From an uncultured bacterium (GTDB lineage Bacteria > Bacillota > Clostridia > Christensenellales > UBA1242): DNA of 63,419 nt. This document shows positions 37,718 to 43,243 of this stretch, piece by piece (the first letter of the stretch is position 1; every line of letters starts with the position of its first letter). The stretch covers positions 1-63,419 of the forward strand of contig CASLXJ010000001.1 in NCBI GenBank assembly GCA_949398915.1, in the 5' to 3' direction. A program made the translations under genes and the position numbers. Below the pieces are notes generated by a model. The model had not been told where the DNA came from. It searched no databases and saw only the letters and a list, made by a program, of their open reading frames with translations.

Positions 37718-40579
37718 CTATATTGAAGTGTATCCAAGCTGGGTAAGCTTGCTTGCTGTCAAACTGCTATCACTGACAACACCCATCCAAGCCAACTGCT
37801 TTGGTAATGGCTGGTTTTGCAAGGTAATAACCCATCCAGTGTAATTGGTTACTTTAAAGCGTTTAACGCCGTTTATCTCAAACACACAATTGGTGAAACT
37901 TGCATTTGTAAGACCATAATTATTCAGTGACTGCGTTGTGGTAAATGTCGCTCTCGCATAACAATTTGACACATTGCCCGCATAACCTATTGCGTAACCA
38001 CCGCTTGTAGTCAAGATTGAGCCTTCAAAATAACAATCTGTTATACTTCCAGAAATGTTGCCGACAATGCCTCCAACATCACTCACTCCTTCAATAGCGC
38101 CCTTAGAAATACAACTTGTAATAATAGCTGAGCCATTTCCTAGAATGCCTCCTACTTTGCTGTTTCCAGATACATCACCATAGTTGTAACATTTGCTTAT
38201 TGTTGAGGTTGAATAACCAACAATACCGCCAACAGCCCCACTTGTAGAGCTTCCATAAATATTACAAAAGCTTATGCAATCAGTAATAGAGCCAAGCAGA
38301 GAATACCCCACAATGCCTCCTATATTTGTATTTCCTGAGACTCTTCCGCTTGAAAGCCTGATATTTTTTAATGTTGCACTAGAAGCCGCCCCAAACAGCC
38401 CTTGATAGCTTTCATTGCCCTGAATTATAAGGTTTGATATGGTGTATCCTCCGCCGTCATAGCTGCCCTTAAATGGATATGTACTGCTGCCTATAGGCGT
38501 CCAAACCTTTCCAGACAGGTCAATCGACGCCGTCTGCTTAAAACTGCCTGTAAGCGAAGCTGTCTCGCTCTGCTTTGCCATCCATGCCAAATTTGCCGCA
38601 CTGGAAATTTGATATACTCCATTCACCTGCGATGGTGCGGTGACACTTGCTGAGCTGCCCTCTTTCCAAACAGCATACAAGGTGACCGGCCCAGTGCAAG
38701 TTATCGACGCACCATCTTGATAAATTACCACCCCACTTGACGAGGTTGCCCACCCCATAAACACATATCCACTTCGCTTAAAGGCGTTTCGGGTCAATGA
38801 AACTGTAGAGCCATGCGAAACTAATTGATTTGACATAGTCCCACTTCCGCCATTCGAATTGAAAGTAATGACATAATTTTTAATTGTCCATTGTGCATAA
38901 ATAATATGGTCGGAAGTCTTATTCATTGCTGTGCCTGTCGAAATCTGCGTGCCACCACTCGCCGCATCATACCACCCTTTCAAGTTGTACCCCGTCCGCG
39001 AAACGGACGGCAATGTGGAGTATGCGGAGCCATAGCTTACCTTCTTTATTGCCACACTTCCACTGCCGCTCCAACCGCTCGTCGACGATATGGTACCGCC
39101 GTTTGCACTGGCGGAAATATTATAACTGTTTGCCTGCCATACCGCATTGAAATCAACCGTTGTAGTGCTAAACTCAGGCACTTCTGGAATGGTCAATGTT
39201 CCAGATGGTGAAAGATAATAATAGTAAGTCTTGCCATTTTTTACATAAGACCAACCGCTCAGCGTATACCCAGTTTTAGTTGGTTTTGGAAAACCTGAAT
39301 ACTCAGCCCCCTGCTTAATTCCACTTTGTGACGAAGCACTTTGCCCATTGTTTGGGTTGAAACGAAATGTATACTCAGGCGCCGCCGCTGAAGCGGCAGA
39401 GTTTAGATTGAGGTGAAGCGCAGGCCGCACAGCACGGGAATTGTTTACAAAGTTAAAACCAGGAGAGGCGCCGGAGGGGTAGAGATAGTAAGCATAGTTT
39501 GCAGTGAGGGAGTAGCCCGAACGGAGCCAAGAATAAGCTGACGCTGAGCCAGAGGTAGAGCCTACATTACCTAATGAAGATGTAGTAGTGCCATCATAAT
39601 TCTTTCGCTGGTCTGTTGAAGTCTGCCATATTCCATCGTAGGTTGTATCGTAGCCTGTTTCTGTTCTACTTGGAAGCCATAATTTGTCTCCTGCCCATTT
39701 ATAATAATTTGATTTATCTGGCAATGTTTGAGCTCCATAAGATGTATCCCAATTATAACTACTTAATTTTGCCGCATCTTCATTTGGATAGTTATATGAT
39801 GTATTTGCTCCAAGTTTACTGCGTGTGTCTTGATTTCTTTGCCACGAAACTTTGTTTGGCTCTACTATATAATTGCTTAAACTACCCATTGTAAAGTTTG
39901 CAAATATACTATTTGAACTTTTTGGCACTGTTGTATATCCTGTTGTTGAGGTGCCATATGCTCCTCCATTATTTAGGGTCACTGCATGTATATAGCTTGC
40001 TCCATACATTGCTGATGGATTATATACATTATATGCAGAGTTATACCAGTTTGCCGACCAGTCTGAGTATAACCCACCATTTAAGAAACCATAATATTCC
40101 CCCTCTGTTGCACTTCTTCCACTGAATGCACTCTGAGTGCTGTTTGAAAGCCATAAGGTCAAAATAGAATTTCCGTTTGTATCTTTTGAGAGATAAACCA
40201 CCTGCCAATCAAGGCCTCCTAAGGTGACTATTATATCTTGTGATGAGGTTTTATTATATGTTTTTGACCTTATTGTTGCTGCTGAAGTGCCTGGTTGGCC
40301 ATCTGAGGTTGAGCTTGCTGCCATGCTGTTTATTGTAGACATATTATATACACTGCTTGCCCCACCTGAAACATATTGGATAAGTTTATTCAAATTGTTT
40401 TCATCAAAATTATTTTTACCAGCACTCCAAATATCTCCAACTTTCACATAACTTGAGGTATCTGTATTTGTTATCGCTTCGGAAGTCTTAAAAGTGGTGC
40501 TTAAAAACACTCCGACCACCAAAATTATAGCCGAAAAGACTGTCGCAAAGACAAATGAAATTCCTCTTTTAGTTTTCAT
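37718..40579 (-). CDS. DGR target: large surface protein, paralog 2 of 4 (signal/anchor, N-terminal WLRS...VRPAL lectin-like variable domain, Flg_new repeats, GLUG-like repeats)
   Basis: RBS GGAGAAGG. Contains the VR at codons ~349-391 (SWLRSGYSLTANYAYYLYPSGASPGFNFVNNSRAVRPALHL). Three Flg_new-type units follow, then a GLUG-like GGIVG repeat region. Confidence 0.85.
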   Translation of the reverse strand: MKTKRGISFVFATVFSAIILVVGVFLSTTFKTSEAITNTDTSSYVKVGDIWSAGKNNFDENNLNKLIQYVSGGASSVYNMSTINSMAASSTSDGQPGTSAATIRSKTYNKTSSQDIIVTLGGLDWQVVYLSKDTNGNSILTLWLSNSTQSAFSGRSATEGEYYGFLNGGLYSDWSANWYNSAYNVYNPSAMYGASYIHAVTLNNGGAYGTSTTGYTTVPKSSNSIFANFTMGSLSNYIVEPNKVSWQRNQDTRSKLGANTSYNYPNEDAAKLSSYNWDTSYGAQTLPDKSNYYKWAGDKLWLPSRTETGYDTTYDGIWQTSTDQRKNYDGTTTSSLGNVGSTSGSASAYSWLRSGYSLTANYAYYLYPSGASPGFNFVNNSRAVRPALHLNLNSAASAAAPEYTFRFNPNNGQSASSQSGIKQGAEYSGFPKPTKTGYTLSGWSYVKNGKTYYYYLSPSGTLTIPEVPEFSTTTVDFNAVWQANSYNISASANGGTISSTSGWSGSGSVAIKKVSYGSAYSTLPSVSRTGYNLKGWYDAASGGTQISTGTAMNKTSDHIIYAQWTIKNYVITFNSNGGSGTMSNQLVSHGSTVSLTRNAFKRSGYVFMGWATSSSGVVIYQDGASITCTGPVTLYAVWKEGSSASVTAPSQVNGVYQISSAANLAWMAKQSETASLTGSFKQTASIDLSGKVWTPIGSSTYPFKGSYDGGGYTISNLIIQGNESYQGLFGAASSATLKNIRLSSGRVSGNTNIGGIVGYSLLGSITDCISFCNIYGSSTSGAVGGIVGYSTSTISKCYNYGDVSGNSKVGGILGNGSAIITSCISKGAIEGVSDVGGIVGNISGSITDCYFEGSILTTSGGYAIGYAGNVSNCYARATFTTTQSLNNYGLTNASFTNCVFEINGVKRFKVTNYTGWVITLQNQPLPKQLAWMGVVSDSSLTASKLTQLGYTSI
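39384..39397 (-). promoter_or_regulatory. GC-rich hairpin just 3' of the VR (candidate DGR target-recognition cruciform)
   Basis: gccgc-ttca-gcggc on the coding strand, 12 nt after the VR end. It follows the GC-rich IMH-like gtgcggcctgcgc. Confidence 0.55.
39409..39533 (-). repeat. DGR variable repeat (VR)
   Basis: Its reverse complement aligns gap-free over 125 nt with TR 40808-40932. There are 17 mismatches, all at positions where the TR has adenine. Confidence 0.92.
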
Positions 40580-40623
40580 AAACCTTCTCCATATTCACAA
40601 ATTCGCATATATTCAATTGTAAA

Positions 40624-40652
40624 AAATATTTTTACAAAATGCAAGCATTTAC
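40624..40652 (-). promoter_or_regulatory. Sigma-70-type promoter of the DGR target gene (TTGCAT-N17-TACAAT)
   Basis: Minus strand: TTGCAT (40647-40652), a 17-nt spacer, then TACAAT (40624-40629). About 45 nt upstream of the ATG at 40579. Confidence 0.55.
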
Positions 40653-40744
40653 GGCATTCCGTAAAAATTTTTTACAAAAAAAATGAAAATTTTCACCCTA
40701 TCAAAGACAATTTTTAAATATTTGTTTCTTTTTAAAAAGAAAAA

Positions 40745-40753
40745 TGTTATAAT
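40745..40753 (+). promoter_or_regulatory. Extended -10 promoter (TGtTATAAT) for the TR RNA
   Basis: A plus-strand TGTTATAAT lies 55 nt upstream of the TR. The orientation matches the strand on which the TR adenines lie. Confidence 0.55.
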
Positions 40754-40807
40754 CAAATTGACTTAAGTTTTTAAGTCAGGGCAAGGGCTTTTATTAGGCT
40801 GGTGGCT

Positions 40808-40932
40808 TTCTTGGCTCCGTTCGGGCAACAACAACAATGCAAACAATGCATACAATCTCAACCCCTCCGGCGCCTCTAATGGTAATAACAATGTAAACAA
40901 TTCCCGTGCTGTGCGGCCTGCGCTTCACCACA
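40808..40932 (+). repeat. DGR template repeat (TR)
   Basis: Adenine-rich AAC/AAT codon run (aacaacaacaatgcaaacaatgcatacaat...). It lies outside any gene and is invariant at non-A positions relative to the VR. Confidence 0.92.
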
Positions 40933-41170
40933 CTTGGATAAAACCAAGTTTTCCAGAATTTGACGAGAGATTTTCCGCCAAACAGTAAGATTTGAGGTGA
41001 AGGGGTCTTTGTCCCACCTAGCATATAATTGATATGAGGGTAAACAAGGTTTAATCTTCTTTCAACGGCATGACAAAACATTGTCACTTTTGAAAGATGA
41101 GCTTTCTTCTCAGTTACAAATTTTGAAAGCGGTTAAACCATCATTCAGTCGGCAAAAGACGCTGACTGAG

Positions 41171-41205
41171 AAAAAGGAGAGAAATGCTCTCCTTTTTTTA
41201 TTTTT
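41171..41205. terminator. Bidirectional terminator shared by the TR RNA (+) and the RT-avd operon (-)
   Basis: Stem ggagag (41176-41181) / ctctcc (41187-41192), with T7 downstream on + and A5 upstream (T5 on the minus strand). Confidence 0.65.
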
Positions 41206-41335
41206 ATCAACCATGCCAGAATAATAGGTTATAATCAAAATAATATGTCAAAAAAGAACAGCAAGCCTAGGTCTTACCGATTTTCATTTAACCAATGAAA
41301 GCAAGCGTGCTTTTATAATGAAAGAAAGCATGTTT

Positions 41336-41797
41336 TTATTTTGAGGACTTAATCCAGCCTGCAAGCAGTTTTTGCACCTCGCAAATTTGTTTTGCAATGA
41401 CCTCGCACTGATGATTGTTTATTGCCTGCATAGTTTTGGCTGTATCTGCGTAAAAATCAAGCATATGAAGATATACATTTGCTCTGGTCTGATAAGCGAG
41501 GCGTTTTTCACCACGCTCGAAATTGGCTTGATAGAGATAGTCAATTATTTGACTTGAGTAGTTTTGAAGCCTTGCGATAATGCTCCAGCGATATTTCTTC
41601 GGCGACTTTTCTGTGATGACGAAGATATATTCGCAAAGTTTTTTTGCGTGAGTAAACACAGCCATTTCTTTTTGTTTGCTTTTTGGAGAAGAAAGCTCAT
41701 CAATGATAAACTCCTTTCTTGCCACCTGTTTTTGAAGGGCTTTAAGCTCTTTTTCTGCCGAGTTTTCACCCAAAAAATTCATCTGATTGTTTTCCAT
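41336..41797 (-). CDS. avd: DGR accessory variability determinant (Avd-like four-helix-bundle protein)
   Basis: 153 aa, all-helical. Pattern KKLCEYIFVITEKSPKKYRWSIIARLQN...LAGWIKS is typical of the Avd / 23S-rRNA-IVS four-helix-bundle family. Begins 19 nt downstream of the RT stop. Confidence 0.75.
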   Translation of the reverse strand: MENNQMNFLGENSAEKELKALQKQVARKEFIIDELSSPKSKQKEMAVFTHAKKLCEYIFVITEKSPKKYRWSIIARLQNYSSQIIDYLYQANFERGEKRLAYQTRANVYLHMLDFYADTAKTMQAINNHQCEVIAKQICEVQKLLAGWIKSSK

Positions 41798-41816
41798 AAA
41801 TTATTCCTTTTAATTT

Positions 41817-42908
41817 TTATTTAATCATTTTCAAGATGGGACTGCTCACCTTCATTTCAAGTTTGAAGCAATCACCATGCATTAGATGACCATGATAAGC
41901 CTGCAATGACTGCATTACTTTTGCCTTATCAATAAAGCCCTCGCTGTATGCAATTTGAATAAGTCTTGCCCGCCTTTTAAATCTCTTAGCTGTCTTATTT
42001 GAAACTTTTTTAATCAGCTTTCCGGTCTTTGAAATTTGATAACGAAAACCAAGATAAGTAAGCCCATTTTTAAGCGGGAAAATTTGCGTGCGTGAGTTAA
42101 GTTTCAAGTCAAGCTTGTCAAGTTCTGCTTTTATCACATCAAGCAGAGTAAGCAAAAACTTTTTATCTTTATGTACAATTACAAAATCATCCATATATCT
42201 TGAATAGATTTTAACGCGAAATTTCTCCTTGATCATTCGGTCAAGTTTGTCAAGATAAAACATTCCAAATATCTGACTTGTTTGGTTGCCAATAGGCACC
42301 CCTCTGCCCGTTTTGTCACCCTCAAATTCAATTCTTTCAATTTCATATCGCTGCAAAAACTCTGGGCGTGTATGAAAGCTTTGGATAATTTTGACCACCA
42401 TGCTTTTAAGCCTTTCATCTTTAATCTCGTTTGCAATGCAATTTATCAAGACCCTGTGCGAAAGACTGGGGAAATATTTGAGAATATCACATTTTAAAAC
42501 ATAACCATTTTGCCCATTATCATGAACAAACTTTTTAAGCTTTTCTTCAAAACGCCTCAACGCATAATGCATTCCTTTTCCCTTTTGACAGACGCAATTG
42601 TCGAGGATTGCTTTTCTCGTAAAATAGGGGGCAAGCAAATCATCACAAATGACATGCTGCACCACTCTTTGACTGTAATAAAGCGTTTGTATTTCTCGTT
42701 TTTTCGGCTCAAATATGACAAAAGTGTTGTATCTGTCAATTTTAAATTTACCATCTTTGACCTTGCTAAAAATGTCATATAACTTAGACAGATTTCCAAT
42801 TTCAAAACGCACAAGAGACTTTTTATCACGCTTTGAAATGCGTCCTCTTTTATGTGCATTATAAATGGTTGAAAAAGAAAAAATATCCTCAAATTTGTCT
42901 TCAATCAT
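41817..42908 (-). CDS. DGR reverse transcriptase
   Basis: RT motifs include the DGR-diagnostic PIGNQTSQ and the catalytic YMDD (SRYMDDFVIV). About 363 aa, with no maturase/endonuclease or retron-type extensions. Confidence 0.9.
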   Translation of the reverse strand: MIEDKFEDIFSFSTIYNAHKRGRISKRDKKSLVRFEIGNLSKLYDIFSKVKDGKFKIDRYNTFVIFEPKKREIQTLYYSQRVVQHVICDDLLAPYFTRKAILDNCVCQKGKGMHYALRRFEEKLKKFVHDNGQNGYVLKCDILKYFPSLSHRVLINCIANEIKDERLKSMVVKIIQSFHTRPEFLQRYEIERIEFEGDKTGRGVPIGNQTSQIFGMFYLDKLDRMIKEKFRVKIYSRYMDDFVIVHKDKKFLLTLLDVIKAELDKLDLKLNSRTQIFPLKNGLTYLGFRYQISKTGKLIKKVSNKTAKRFKRRARLIQIAYSEGFIDKAKVMQSLQAYHGHLMHGDCFKLEMKVSSPILKMIK

Positions 42909-43140
42909 GCAAAAAACCTTTTCTATAAAAAGATTTTAAACAATAAAAGCAGGACAAATCAAGGATATTTGTAAAATTTTGTAAAGAATTAAAAATTAAA
43001 TTTTAAAAACGATTTTCACCCCCACCCCAAGTTTTAAATTTGTGATTTTTTAAAATTTTTGCATGAAATTTTTGTGTTTTATTTTAATTACATTTTTCAA
43101 AAAATACTGACTTAACATTTTCTTTTTCACCACTTTTTCA

Positions 43141-43171
43141 ATAAAAAACAGGCACAAATTTGCACCTGTTT
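43141..43171 (-). terminator. Rho-independent terminator after surface-protein paralog 3
   Basis: The minus-strand RNA acaggugcaaauuugugccugu forms a ~10-bp stem (two G-U pairs) followed by UUUUUAUU. This separates the paralog from the RT operon. Confidence 0.6.
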
Positions 43172-43243
43172 TAAAAGATTTTTTTATCACTTAAAGCATT
43201 TTAATAAAGTTTAAGATTAAAAGTCAGTTTAATTCAAAAATAT

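Larger units (their letters stand above)
40757..41205 (+). ncRNA. Putative DGR template RNA (5' hairpin, TR, ~270-nt structured 3' region, terminator)
   Basis: No credible ORF. 5' hairpin tgacttaa/ttaagtca (40759-40778), then TR 40808-40932, then hairpin cttgg/ccaag (40933-40948), ending at terminator 41176-41199. Confidence 0.6.
39409..42908. mobile_element. Diversity-generating retroelement cassette (VR - TR - avd - RT)
   Basis: Co-localised DGR-type RT, Avd-like gene, an adenine-rich TR, and a cognate VR showing A-specific divergence. Confidence 0.9.

Noticed and set aside
40794-41087. 97-aa minus-strand ORF overlapping the TR
   Set aside because: It is the antisense reading of the TR (the CIVCIVVVA run comes from the complement of the AAC/AAT codons). 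It has no RBS and sits in a region better explained as the TR-containing ncRNA.
41817-42908. RT as a group II intron, retron or Abi-type RT
   Set aside because: There is no intron RNA domains, maturase or En domain, and no retron msr/msd-like repeats. The IGNQTSQ motif plus the adjacent Avd and the TR/VR pair fit a DGR specifically.
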